The notes: generated by a model from the sequence alone, not told the origin. 63,752 bases of DNA, filler included, from Octopus bimaculoides (GCF_001194135.2; 8 parts of 8 records of this genome joined end to end with filler, not necessarily neighbours in it), one strand, 5' to 3'; positions 11,790 through 24,520 are shown, counted from the whole stretch's first letter. Program-made: numbers and translations.

Positions 11790-11900
11790 CAGGACTGATA
11801 CTTATCGACCCCGAAAGGATGTAAGGCGTGGTTAACTTCGAGGGCATTTGAACTCAGAGCACAGACAACCGGAATGATAATTGCATGGCATTCTATCCTA
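11790..11900 (-). mobile_element. SINE family D fragment
   Basis: tacttatcgaccccgaaaggatg...gcatttgaactcagagc. Confidence 0.7.
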
Positions 11901-12524
11901 CGCAAAAGGAATCCGCTTTACTCTCCATTAGACCTCCATTTATCATCCATCATCCTCTAACACTTCTCCTTCTTCTTCTTCTTCTCCTTCTCCTTCTCCT
12001 CCTTCTCCTTCTCCTTCTTCTACACACACGCACACACACATACATACACACATACACATACACGCTCACACATATAAGAAGCACAAACACAAGTATATAT
12101 ATACTTAATATAGTATATATATATATACGCAAAAATATATAAATGTATTCATAGGAGACTACGGCAGCGATATATATATATATANNNNNNNNNNNNNNNN
12201 NNNNNNNNNNNNNNNNNNNNNNNNNNNNNNNNNNNNNNNNNNNNNNNNNNNNNNNNNNNNNNNNNNNNNNNNNNNNNNNNNNNNNNNNNNNNNNNNNNNN
12301 NNNNNNNNNNNNNNNNNNNNNNNNNNNNNNNNNNNNNNNNNNNNNNNNNNNNNNNNNNNNNNNNNNNNNNNNNNNNNNNNNNNNNNNNNNNNNNNNNNNN
12401 NNNNNNNNNNNNNNNNNNNNNNNNNNNNNNNNNNNNNNNNNNNNNNNNNNNNNNNNNNNNNNNNNNNNNNNNNNNNNNNNNNNNNNNNNNNNNNNNNNNN
12501 NNNNNNNNNNNNNNNNNNNNNNNN

Positions 12525-12780
12525 GAATGGATTTACTAGACGGAAACTGAAAGAAACCTGTCGTATATATATTTGTTTATACTTGTGTGTTTGTGTCTGT
12601 GTTAGTCTCTCTACCATCACTTGACAACCGATCTTAGTGTGTTTACGTCCCCGTAAACCGATAGATTAAGTATCAGTTTAAAAAAAAAGTAAGTCCAGTG
12701 GTAGATTTCTTCGATTAAAAGGCAGTGCTCCAGCATGGCCACAGTAAAAATGACTGAAACAAGTAAAAGTATAAAAGAAT
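12525..12780 (+). mobile_element. SINE family A, 3' portion
   Basis: gacggaaactgaaagaa...ttgacaaccgat...gtgctccagcatggcc...tgactgaaacaagtaaaag tail; reverse complement of 42653-42910. Confidence 0.85.
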
Positions 12781-12785
12781 ATATA

Positions 12786-12835
12786 TACAGTAGAACCTCG
12801 GTTTTCGAACAACTCTGATCATGAATAGATCGTAC
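12786..12835 (+). mobile_element. Tc1/mariner (pogo/Tigger-like) terminal fragment
   Basis: TA|CAGTAGAACCTCGGTTTTCGAAC resembles pogo-type TIR starts. No partner TIR was seen. Confidence 0.35.
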
Positions 12836-12882
12836 TTTATCTCCTGTCTTTCTCTTATTCATTTAATACGCACACATATTTA

Positions 12883-12916
<34 letters not shown>

Positions 12917-13699
12917 GGTATGCATTAATGGAATTGAAATTCTGGCTATTAATACAAAAATGCATGAAAATATATTTGCACACACACATACACACACACA
13001 CACACACACACGCACGCACAGATACATTCATGATCACATATGCATAGGCACACATACGTATACGCACATACATGCGCATACATACATACAAACACTGAGG
13101 ATGCGTTTCCATATGATGTATGCTACTGAATATTTCTGGCAATAAATAGAACATTGGAGGGACCCCAAATTTCATCTATATCTATTTAACTAGTTCCCTG
13201 CTACCATACGGCGAAACGAATTGCTACTATCTGTTATTTTGTTTCTCTGCCAATTATTAACTACATCGAAACTTTATTGTGTAGTTGTGATATTTATAAA
13301 AATACACCAACACTTTCATATGTATTTAGAAATTGGAATTACATTATTAAAGAGATATTGAATTCTGACATAGGCATAAGAATAGCCATTTGGAAGATGG
13401 ATAGAGTCGAAGCTATGCACTCCAGTTAATGGTTTGGTTTCGTGGAAAAAGCAATATGATTGACGAGAAGAGGAGAGACATGTGAGGAAGAGAAACGAAG
13501 GGGAAAAAGAAGGAGGGGACGAGAGATGAGTTAGTATGTGTGAAGATGGAACAAACCGGCAAACTCTAAAGTGTGGAAGACATTTTAGTAAAAGCAAACG
13601 AATCAGTGTGATGAAGTGTGTGACGAATACAGAGAATTCGCAACCAGGAATCTAAACCTCAGCCTGAATGCTTCTGCGTGTTAGTTTCCAGTGTTTTCA

Positions 13700-13950
13700 G
13701 AGTTTGTGAACTTTTCAACATGTCATCCGGCCCTGCGGAACTTGTAATTTCGGCACTTTGTGATCACGTCGTTTCGGATTTGCTCCCGCAAAGATATTCC
13801 TAGCATGTTTTTTTCATTGGCCCATTGCGTCGTAGCCAACCGATGCTCTTCCCTCTTCGTAGAAGTCCACCTCGTCTCACTTGCGAACAAGAATGCATGT
13901 AGGATGGTGCTACTGAGTCACTGGTTCGTTGGGTCGTGCCCAGCTTTGTT
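13700..13950 (-). mobile_element. RTE-clade LINE fragment (post-RT C-terminal region)
   Basis: Minus translation LFASETRWTSTKREEHRLATTQWANEKNMLGISLREQIRNDVIT resembles the RTE pattern LYASETWT..MLG.SL..IRN. Confidence 0.7.
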
Positions 13951-14432
13951 TTCAGTCATTTAGTCTGCATTTATTCTTTCCCTGTCGTCCTCTTCCGACC
14001 TTTACAGTGAAATCTCCCGTCGCTACGCTGTAAGTGGATTTGTAAGCTTGCGCTTTCCCTATCTCTTGAAGAAGAAATTCCTCTTCTTCATCAGATATGC
14101 ACCACATAAATGCACGCGCGCGCGGGTGTGTGTGAGTGCGTATGGAGATATGTATGTTTATACGCATATATATGTGCATAAATACACACTCCCCCCCTCT
14201 CTCTCTCTCTCACGTACACACATATACATATATAGACATATATACACTTAGGTTGCTGACATTTTGCATAAAGGCACATCTTTTCGAAGAGAAGGTCATA
14301 GAACTATGTGACTTTTACTGATATTTTCTTTAAACCCAGGCAAGGCCGACCAAGTACTGCCGCTAGTATGTATATCGTAAATATATTATTATTATTATTA
14401 TTATTATTATTATCATTATTATTATTATTATC

Positions 14433-14490
<58 letters not shown>

Positions 14491-14846
14491 GTATGTACAC
14501 GTACACATATACACACAGAGATATATGCATTCCTACACGCACACATACATTCGTATAAACGACTACACACGAAAGAAGATTATGTGCAGATTGTGTGAAT
14601 GAAGTTTTAATTAAGAGCAGAAAAGAAGAGACAAAGGACGAATAAAGTTCAAAATGCAGTAAAGAGAGAGTTTCGAAAAGAGTATCTGAACAGGAGTAAG
14701 AAGAATAAATAACATGAAGGGAAGAATAATATAAGAATGAAGATGAGTTATAGTAATAGAAAAGCGAGCAAATGATGACGAAAATGATGACGATGATGAT
14801 GAGGGAGAATACGGCAATAAAAGTGAAAGGATGAAGTCGAACGTGA

Positions 14847-14980
<134 letters not shown>

Positions 14981-15029
14981 AAACGGACAAGGTGGCATGA
15001 TAGACAAGTGTTTATTCAATTTCAAGGAT

Positions 15030-15252
15030 TTCCCAAGTTTCAAATTTTGGTACAAGGCAAGCAATTTTGTGGGTGGAGTAAGTCGATTACATCGATCCCA
15101 TTGCCAAATCGGCACTTTTTAAATCGATCCGAAAGGATGAAAGGTAAAATCGACTTTGATGGAATTTGAACACAAAATGTAATGATGGACGAAATACTGC
15201 TAAACATTTTTTCCGTCTTTATGTGCTAACGATTCTGCCAGCTCGCAGCCTT
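15030..15252 (-). mobile_element. SINE family D, near full length
   Basis: ggtacaaggcaagcaatttt...gaaaggatgaaaggtaaaatcgac...ctaacgattctgccagctcgcagcct. Confidence 0.85.
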
Positions 15253-15347
15253 AATAATGGCCCAATGGGCCCAGAAATACAATACAAATATGTCTTAGCA
15301 AAGGGGTACAAATTATGTGTGATGTAAATTCACACATACACACATAT

Positions 15348-16565
15348 ACATTTGAATGTCGCATCATATCTCTTCGGCAACATCTTTTAACCACAAAGTG
15401 TCGACGTGTATCCCTTGACCAAGTTTGCATACATGAAGCTGATAGCATCATAAGACTTGGAAGGTAGCTCCTTGAGCAACACTCTTTGTCTGATAACCTA
15501 GAATACATGCCCAAAGAAGTCGCACGACTCTACCGCAACGTATCATCAGATGAAAGGATGAGTGTATATGAGCAGAAGACATGGATATGTTAGTAGAAAA
15601 GCTCCGTGATGATAATAACATCGATCATCAAAGCAGTTTATCATGGACCAATAGCCAGATTACTACCTCCCACTTTGAAGGGTATGCGTTTGCAATCCAG
15701 GAACTGAGAATATGAACCAAGTACCTGATGCACAAAAGGGGTAGAGAAGCAGGAAAAGCAGTAAAATATGACAACTGATGCAGACTTTGTGGAGTTCACA
15801 CTGAAGATATTACCCACATCATAAGCAGTTGTTCGAAAATGTAATTATGGTATTATCTGCCGATGAGTCATGATGTAGCTTGGACACTCTGTAATGAAAT
15901 CTGTCAGAAGGATAATCCCGAAGGCAAAGAAATAAGAACCTACAGTTTGGTAGAAGCCATAACCACTCATAATAAAAAGGAATAATGGCGGAATGTACCA
16001 GTGAAGACCTCAATAAAATGTGAGTACAACAGACCTGATATAATGATTTGGGATAGAGAAGAGAGACTGTGCACAGTTGTGAAAATTAGCTGCCCAGCGG
16101 ATGTTAACATAAAGTTGAGAATCAGAGAAAGAGAACACCTATGCTGAACTATTGAGAAATCTGCAGTTAGTCTATCCAGATTACAATTTGTGGTTTATAC
16201 CTGTAATTATTGGGGCCCTGGGATATGTAATACACTACCTAAATACCAATCTTGAGAAATTAGGCTTCTCAAAACTAGAAAGGAGAAAGCTAATTCGAAG
16301 ACTACAGATCCAATCCATCACTGGAGCTAAAAATCTGTAAAACTTTCCAGTTTATCATTTAAATATATATGAACATGTCTAGATATGCAACTATATGTAT
16401 GAGAGTACAAACATAAAACATAAAAATCTGCACACATACATACATACATATACACATACATACCCTGTTGTTGATGTTGAAATTCTAATGGAGGAGTCTT
16501 GGATCTAGGTTAGAAAACGGTTCTTATTCTATTGGCAAGAAATTTTGAAATAAACTGAATAATGA
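15348..16565 (+). mobile_element. 5'-truncated RLE-type non-LTR retrotransposon (R4/Dong-like) with 3' UTR, flanked by CATA-type repeats
   Basis: Broken frame reads SHFEGYAFAIQE..CRLCGVHTEDITHIISSC (CCHC knuckle)..NRPDIMIWD..ISCPAD (PD-D RLE motif)..FIPVIIGALG..LQIQSITG. The UTR ends in (CATA)n. Confidence 0.85.
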
Positions 16566-16721
16566 CATACATACATACATATATACTAACATACATGCAC
16601 ACATATATATATAAATATATATATGTATATAATAAACGACGGCTTGAGCAAGGAAGATTATGCATTATATTAATATATGCGAAAAGTTGGTACATATAAT
16701 AGATAAAGATGAGGGTACTTC

Positions 16722-16750
16722 CCTGTATGAGGGTACTTCCCTCATACAGG
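16722..16750. repeat. Perfect 12-bp inverted repeat with overlapping 16-bp direct repeat
   Basis: cctgtatgaggg-tactt-ccctcatacagg; atgagggtacttccct occurs twice. Confidence 0.7.
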
Positions 16751-17235
16751 CATGAGATGCCACCACATGGGTAGAGCCTGGGCAGTCGATGACACTTGCC
16801 ACATTCCGCAAACTTGGTTCGCTCAAATATTCCTCAGTACTTTTGAGCGTAATTGAGCTGTTGCGGTCTATATCCTTTGGAACAATTCCTCAGCAGCTGT
16901 TACTATCAATCATGAATCATGTACTCGTCCCCCATCCCCCGAATCGGTACAGCATTCTATAGGTTCTGTTTTATAGCCATCGTTAGATTAAGTACTTTGC
17001 AATTCGCCTTTCATACCACCATAAAAGTCAGGTACTCTATGATGATGGGCTCTTTTTCGTGAGGGAAACCCAACCCCCTTTTTTTAAAATCATTTTCTTT
17101 CTTCTTTCTCTGCTTTCATACAAGTATTCTACTTTAGATTTCTATCTTTCCTCCATCTTTTCCTACGCCAGAAGAAGAGACTTCTCGACTCTGTTATTGC
17201 TGCTCGTACTGCAGTTTTCATTCAAATTAATATTG

Positions 17236-17634
17236 GTTTCAAATTTTAGCATAAGGCCAGCAATTTCGGAGTAGCGGGAGTAAGCGGAATTACATCGATC
17301 CCGGTGCTCGGCAGAATTTGAACTCAGAACGTAAAGACGGACGAAATGCTGCTAAGCATGTTGTCCAGCGAGCTAATGATTCTGTCAGCTTGCCGCCTTT
17401 TCATTCAAATTAATATTGATTTCAAATTTTGGTACAGGGCCAGCAATTTTGGGGAAGAGGATAAGTCGACACCATCGATCCCCAGCACTCAACTGGTTGG
17501 TACTTATTTTATCGACTCCGAAAGTATGAAAGGCAAAGGTAACCTCGGTGGAATTTGCACTCAGAACGTAAAGATGTACAAAATGTTGCTAAGCATTTTA
17601 CTTAGCGTTCAAACGATTCGGCCAGTTAGCCGCC
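17236..17634 (-). mobile_element. Two tandem SINE family D copies (about 17236-17397 with internal deletion; about 17419-17634)
   Basis: Each copy ends in ...gccgcct on the + strand. The copies are separated and flanked by ttttcattcaaatta(a/t)tatt. Confidence 0.88.
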
Positions 17635-17667
17635 TTTTCATTCAAATTATTATTTCTAACATTATCA

Positions 17668-17880
17668 AGGCGGCAAGCTGCCAGAATCGTTAGCACATCG
17701 TCCAAAATGCTTAGCGGCATTTCGTCCGTCTTTACGTTCTAACTTCAAATTCCGCCGAAGTTGACTTTACCTTCCATCCTTTCGGGATCGATAAAATAAG
17801 TACCAGTTAAGAACAGAGGTCGATGTAATCGACTTACCTCCCCCGAATTTACTGGCCTTGTTCTAAAATTTGAAATCAGT
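17668..17880 (+). mobile_element. SINE family D, full length, head-to-head with the previous copy
   Basis: aggcggcaagctgccagaatcgttagc (A-box-like)...ttcaaattcc (B-box-like)...tcgataaaataagtaccag. Confidence 0.88.
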
Positions 17881-18241
17881 ATTACTAAAATTATCTTTTC
17901 TTGCGATTTTATTGTACAAATGAAAGTGGTTAAGCTTCGAGCTTCGAGTATATGTCCGAATTTTGTTTTACGTATGAAAATGTAGCGAGTTTGTTTACGT
18001 CACTACCACCTCCACTGTGGCGAGCAGCCATTTTGCAACTCATGTAAATATTGCTAATGGGTATTTGTCGAAAATATTTAAAAGTTTTAAAACGTGTAAA
18101 GATAAATTATTCTTCTACCCAAGAAAATGGAGTAGAAAAATAATTTCTGTTAGTAACATTGGAACAAACAATACTTTATCATACTGTGAAGTAATTCGTT
18201 TAAAAATGATTTTTTTCCACGGTGCACTATGGTTCAAAATG

Positions 18242-18276
18242 TACTACTACTACTACTACAAGTGATGCTGCTGCTG

Positions 18277-18318
<42 letters not shown>

Positions 18319-18324
18319 TTTCTG

Positions 18325-18363
<39 letters not shown>

Positions 18364-18369
18364 TTGCTG

Positions 18370-18407
<38 letters not shown>

Positions 18408-18411
18408 GCTG

Positions 18412-18446
<35 letters not shown>

Positions 18447-18480
18447 GCTGCTGCTACTACTACTGCTGCTGCTGCTGCTG

Positions 18481-18525
<45 letters not shown>

Positions 18526-18531
18526 TTGCTG

Positions 18532-18569
<38 letters not shown>

Positions 18570-18573
18570 GCTG

Positions 18574-18608
<35 letters not shown>

Positions 18609-18642
18609 GCTGCTGCTACTACTACTGCTGCTGCTGCTGCTG

Positions 18643-18694
<52 letters not shown>

Positions 18695-18706
18695 AACAAC
18701 AACAAC
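18242..18706. repeat. Long (CTA)/(CTG) compound microsatellite with higher-order duplication
   Basis: Explains the poly-T/A, poly-L and poly-S ORFs. Confidence 0.95.
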
Positions 18707-19437
18707 AAAAAGTAGAAAGTGACCAATGAAGTAGAATATAGAAGAAAATATAAAAACGAAATGGTAACGATGAAGATGGAAGAAGAATAAAAATTACAAA
18801 AAGAAAAAAAAGAAAGAAAAAGCATAAAATAAGAAGAACAGAGAATCCGGGACATCTGAATAAAGGTATGGAGAAGAAGGATGATGAAGAAGGACTTTGA
18901 AGAATGAGAAGAGAAAAATGAGGAAAGAGGAAAAAGAAGAAACGCTGATAAGTCTTCTTTAGATCATTAGTGATTGTACGAGTGGCGATTTTCTCTGAGA
19001 CGACAAAATCAGAAGTATATGTTGCCAAGCTATTGGGGCACGAAGCCAAATATTAGATTTGAAATTATCCACTTGTAACGATGAAAACCTTAAAATATCA
19101 TATTTTATGTTCAATACTGCTCGGAAATTGCTTTGAAGAGGGCAGTGCGACAAATATGAACTTACTTTATAGTTATGATTAAAAGCTGTAGAGGAAAAAT
19201 GGCGGAGTGTATAAACTTTTATTACTACTTGCTCATGGGTCATAGAGTTTAAATATGTAGCAGGAATTTCGTTGTGTCTCTGAGTTACTCATAGCTAGCT
19301 CTTTGCTTCATCTCGTTGTCAATAATAGGTAGTGGATTTTTAACTAGATGTGTATTCTATCCCGAAAGGAACTATTAAGCTTTCATCAAATTCGCGTAAC
19401 GTAACCGAAATAAAGCATTTTTATTTTAGTAATGTAA

Positions 19438-19671
19438 TCTTTTACTTGTTTCTGTCATTGGTCTGCAGTCGTACCGGGACACCTCCTTTAAGGGTTTAAA
19501 CGAACAAATCGATCATAATAGCTATTTTTCGATTCTGGTACTTACTCTACCGTTTTCTTTTGCTGAGCCACTAGATTACAGGCACATAAACAAACCAACA
19601 TCGGTTGTCAAACGGTTGGGAGACAAGCATAAATACAAAGACACACATGTACATACCTGTCTTTCTGACTG

Positions 19672-19721
<50 letters not shown>

Positions 19722-19870
19722 CACACATAATCGACGGGCTTTTACACAATTTTCTTCCACCAAATTCATTCACAAGGCATTAGTTGGCCTAGGGCTACAG
19801 CAGAGGGTACTTGCCCAAGGTGCCGCGTAGTGGGACTGAACCCAAAACCACGCGGTTGCAGAGCGACAGC
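19438..19870 (-). mobile_element. SINE family A, diverged near-full copy with internal (TCTA)n
   Basis: cttttacttgtttc tail...ggttgtcaa...acttgcccaaggtgccgcgtagtgggactgaaccc. Confidence 0.8.
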
Positions 19871-21691
19871 TTTTTCTGTAGGTGAATGTTACAGGGTATA
19901 AAGACAAGCTGAAGGTAATCCTAGCTAAATCAATGATTCTGTTTAGATTCCTGGTTATAGGCTTTCTACTTCAATTTCATTTTAACAATGTAAATTTTTC
20001 CGAGAAAAGAATGATTTCACTTTACACGTGAGTGATCAGAAAGTAATGTAATTTTTATTTGCCTTATTTTATGACTCACCGCGTATATGCTGCTATTAAA
20101 ATATAGAGCCCTTGAATTAGCATTGCTGGGAAATTGCAGATATTACATCGAAAAATGCAATGCTACAAATTAGAAATAATTTTACTGTTAGTTCCCCCTA
20201 GTGGACAGTTAACAGAAGGGAGATAATCCTTTCTTCATAATTGGAGGGATTAGAAGTTTGAATTTGAAATTAAGGAATAAGAAAAAAAAAACTGCATAGA
20301 ATACACATATTTTAATTTTTCATTTGTTTTACAGTTGTAATTCAAAATGTAACCAAGAGCATTAATAACCCCCTCCCCATCCAAACAACATTCTCAGCGA
20401 ACCAAGTTGATCCACTTTCAAATCCTTGTTGAACCTATTTCGCTTCCGTTACACTACACTGCTCTTAATACCTCTTCCCGCTTCCTTTTTAATCTATTAT
20501 TTTGAATCAATTGAGATTTTTCAGATGTTTCTTTGTTTCTTTACGTAGCACCAGAATACCATAATTCTCTATTTACGAAATAAAACTCGCCAATTTGAGG
20601 GTATCCTTTAGTACTCTGTTCGTACTCTAAACAATTGAACAGCCAAAGCAAACTAGTAATATTTTAAAAAATTACTCCGCATTCAGTTCTTCACTTTTAT
20701 CACTGGAAAGATTATTAACGTTATCTTTTCTGCTTTTGTCTACTCTAAATTTCCATTAGTATATTTGCCTTCAAATTCTGTCCTTTTTCCCTTCATCCTT
20801 TTACGTGTAAGTTGTGTTATAAAGAAACTACTAGAGGTTTATTATTGACAAGCAATGAGAAACCGGCATTAATAAAAATTTCCTATACTGCTACTAGGGA
20901 ACATATAAACTGAGATGAGTGTAGTCAAGTGTTTGATTAGTATTTCTTTTTTATTCAAGGAGGAGAGATGAAATTCAAAACAAACTCAGACTGTTGTAAG
21001 AAAGGACTCATTCTATCTGTTACTCTGCTTGACAACATAAAATTACTTATAATCTATGGGGTCTCACCGTGCACAACTTTCAGGGAACAAAATCAAAACA
21101 CATAAACAGACGTGGTTGTATATGTTAATGAATTCATCAGTTTTGGCAGTATTTGTTCGACCACCTGAAGTATCTGCTTTATGAATTAACGTGTAAATGG
21201 GAGAATATTCCACAGACCTATGTGCCCTTAATATTAATTCTCAGATGGAATCAGCGTGTCAGGCTAGGATCTTGAAATTTCAGGTACAATCCACTCAACA
21301 GGTTTCCGATCTGTTTCCATTGACACACTTGGCATCACAAAGCTTAGGTCAATTCGGGACTCTGATAAAAAATACACGACCAAATGCCACGTTGGTCATG
21401 TGTCAAATTAAAATGTCAAATATTACTTTATCCAGAGATATTAAGCAAAATAGAAGCAACATTGTGAATTTAGACCTCAGCTATTATAAAGCGTTCAGAA
21501 AAAAAGAAAAGAAAAAATCGAAATCTTAGAAAAGAAAATGAATGAAATTCCAAGAAAGGCAGGTCTTCAAATTGGACATCATTATTAGCGTCCTCTCCTC
21601 TCCTCCATACATAGCGGCAGAAATGCTCCGTTTCAACCCGTGAGGAAACATCTAGATAGAAACCCGACCTCAAACAAATAAAGTTATAAAA

Positions 21692-21790
21692 TATATATAC
21701 AGGAAATATTGAAAATTATCATTCTGAGCGCAGCAGAGTAAGAGGTAAGCATTCCGTGATCTGCTTTCGACGATCTCGAAAGAAAAATAT
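21692..21790 (+). repeat. About 100-bp dispersed direct repeat, copy 1 (copy 2 at 24196-24298)
   Basis: atatatacaggaaatattg.aaattatcat.ctgagcgcagcagag.aagaggtaagc.ttccgtga..tgctttc.acgat.tcgaaagaaaaatata is shared by both copies. Confidence 0.85.
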
Positions 21791-22228
21791 ACCTGCTCGA
21801 CTAAATCCACCCACTTCTCTCCTTAGCAGTAACATGATTTCTTGGGATACAATCGACAATTGAAAATGAGTCAGAGATTCAAGGATTCATCTTTTCATTT
21901 AATGTATCTCATCTTACTCCTCTTCCTAATAACATTTTTTTCCTTTTGATACTAGAGACACTTTTATGAAAGAGAAGTCTGAATAATTCAGTCATCTGTA
22001 AGACATGACTCGTACACATTTTCTTGACCTCGACTGAATGATGGGCAAGAATGACCCTGAGGAAAGTAATCACTTCCCTTAATTTTCTGAGAGAAATAAT
22101 CACTTTTAAAATTCCAGGGTGTATAACATTAATAGTGTGTATACAAATGTGGAAAGGCAGTCTGTAATGTTTTCTCAGAGAAATTTGTGTGCTAAAAACA
22201 TAGCGCTTTACTTAGAATGCTGGTGGGT

Positions 22229-22272
22229 CGTCAGGCATGATGTTTCGGACTGAGTTGGCCTCCTCAGTGACG
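22229..22272 (-). ncRNA. Degenerate hammerhead ribozyme-like motif
   Basis: Minus strand: CGTCA-CTGAGGA-ggccaactcagtcc-GAAAC-atcat-G-CC-TGACG. Stem I is a perfect 5 bp, but the cleavage triplet is GCC rather than GUH. Confidence 0.35.
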
Positions 22273-22664
22273 AATACCCCGGACGTCCTGAGCCAAGCTC
22301 AAAATGCTTGTTCTTATATTGAAATCGGTAAACAAAACATTTACTAACTTGTGCGTAAGCTAGCCAGGCAAAAATTAAACTAATATACGCATTTGAAACA
22401 ACCTTAGATTGAAATACCAGTGTATATGACGTATATGATGTGTATATGCTATCTTTCCACTCAGTGGTATTATTACTATTACCACAACTACTACGATTGT
22501 TTGACTGACAAGAAATAGCGGCTGACTCTCCTACAAGCTATACCCTATAGTCTTCAAACGGGTAGGACACACCTGATAATGTAGTCCCTGACTTACGAAA
22601 TCCACAGAATGTTCGATCAGGGCAAACCTAGGAAGAAACTGTCAACCATATGAAAACCAGTATT

Positions 22665-22824
22665 TGATAGATACTTTATTTTATCGATCCCTGAAACAAA
22701 AGGCAAAGTTGTCCTCGGTGAAATTTGAACTTAGAACATAAAGGGACGTAATAAAACACCGTAAATTCTACCAATTTTGCCATAATGCTGCTGCTTCTGC
22801 TACTACTACTACTGCTACTGCTAG

Positions 22825-22876
<52 letters not shown>

Positions 22877-23660
22877 GCTACTGCTACTCGGAAATAGTTT
22901 TAGTCGAAAGAGGTTAGTCGATCCAAGTGCCCCAACTACTTGACCCGTATTTTATTTTATTGATCTCGAAGGGATGAAAGGGCAAGTTAGCCTCAGCGGG
23001 ATTTGAACACAACGTAAAGCACCATGACAATGATAAATCGTTTCTGATTTAAGCACAAGGCCAGAAGTTTTGAGGCAAAGGTGTTAGACAAGACCATTGA
23101 CCTCAGCAGTTGACTGGTACTTTATTTCATTGATCTCTGAGGGATGAAAAGCAAAGTTGACCTCGGCGGTACTTGAACCCGGAACGTAGAGCCGGAGTAA
23201 CTACTGCAAAGAATTGTCCGACATTCTAACGATGCTGATACTCCACCACTCTTTATAATTGTTTCCAATTTAGACACAAGCCCAGCAATTTTGAGGACAA
23301 GGGTCAAGACGATGTTACCGATCCAAGTACTTGACTGGTACTTTATTCTATCAACTGCCAAAGGGGTGACTTCGATGAGATTTGAACTAAGAACTCAAAG
23401 GGCTGGAATTTACACAGCAAGACATTTTGCTCGACGCTCAAACAATTTTGCCAAGCCACCGCCCCAGTTTCTAACATTGATACAAAGCCAGAAATTTGGT
23501 GGTGGGGTTAGTAAATTAAATTGACTCTAGTACTTGATTGGTACTTTATTTCATCGACTCTAGAAGGAAAAGTTAAATTGATCTCAGTGGAATTTGAACT
23601 CGGAACGTAGAAGGATGAAATTAAATAAGGCAAAGCGTTTTGTACACCGCTCTACCGAAT
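22665..23660 (-). mobile_element. Tandem array of about 5 SINE family D copies interrupted by (CTA)n at 22786-22888
   Basis: Repeated tactt(t)atttt..tcga..c.gaa.ggatgaaa.gcaaagtt.acctc.g.gg.atttgaac motifs. Confidence 0.85.
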
Positions 23661-23809
23661 TATGTTTTTTTTTCTTTCTCTGCGGTTTATTTCTGTAAAA
23701 ACAGGGATGATCTCTAATGCATGAATTGAACCACGCTCGCGACTCATGTTAACAGTGCAGACGAATTAACCATTACATCCACGGATCACCAGCTCTTCCA
23801 CCATCACCT

Positions 23810-23895
<86 letters not shown>
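23810..23895. repeat. (CTA)n(CTG)n microsatellite
   Basis: Pure runs. Confidence 0.95.
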
Positions 23896-24520
23896 AGAAA
23901 GAGAAAGAAGAAAATGACAAAAAAAATAAAGCTCAAGAAAAGATAAGGCTTGCTAATTAATAGTCAGCGGTTTGTTACATCACACTAATTACTATCAAGT
24001 ATTATTTTGTGGAAAAGTACTGCGAGAAGGATGCAGGTGGTGATAGGTAGGGAGGTAAACAACATCATCATCGACAACAGCAACAACAACAACAACAAAC
24101 CAGTAAAGTAAGAGAGTATAACGGTCATCAGTTAATTAAAGATAATAATGAGTTTAGTGAAGTTAATGTAGTGGAAGAGACAAAATGTTGTAAAGTATAT
24201 ATACAGGAAATATTGGAAATTATCATGCTGAGCGCAGCAGAGCAAGAGGTAAGCTTTCCGTGACTTGCTTTCAACGATATCGAAAGAAAAATATATTTAC
24301 AAAATTGAAACACTCACATACATGCACACATAAAGACACGCGCGCGCACACACAAACACATACGACATGAAAGAATTCTCATATCATACCATATATATAT
24401 ATATACGTGCATATATANNNNNNNNNNNNNNNNNNNNNNNNNNNNNNNNNNNNNNNNNNNNTTAATTAATTAANNNNNNNNNNNNNNNNNNNNNNNNNNN
24501 NNNNNNNNNNNNNNNNNATA

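Noticed and set aside
18222-19049. Poly-Thr/Ala, poly-Leu and poly-Ser ORFs, and similar YI, HT, LS and ER ORFs elsewhere
   Set aside because: They are translations of simple repeats.
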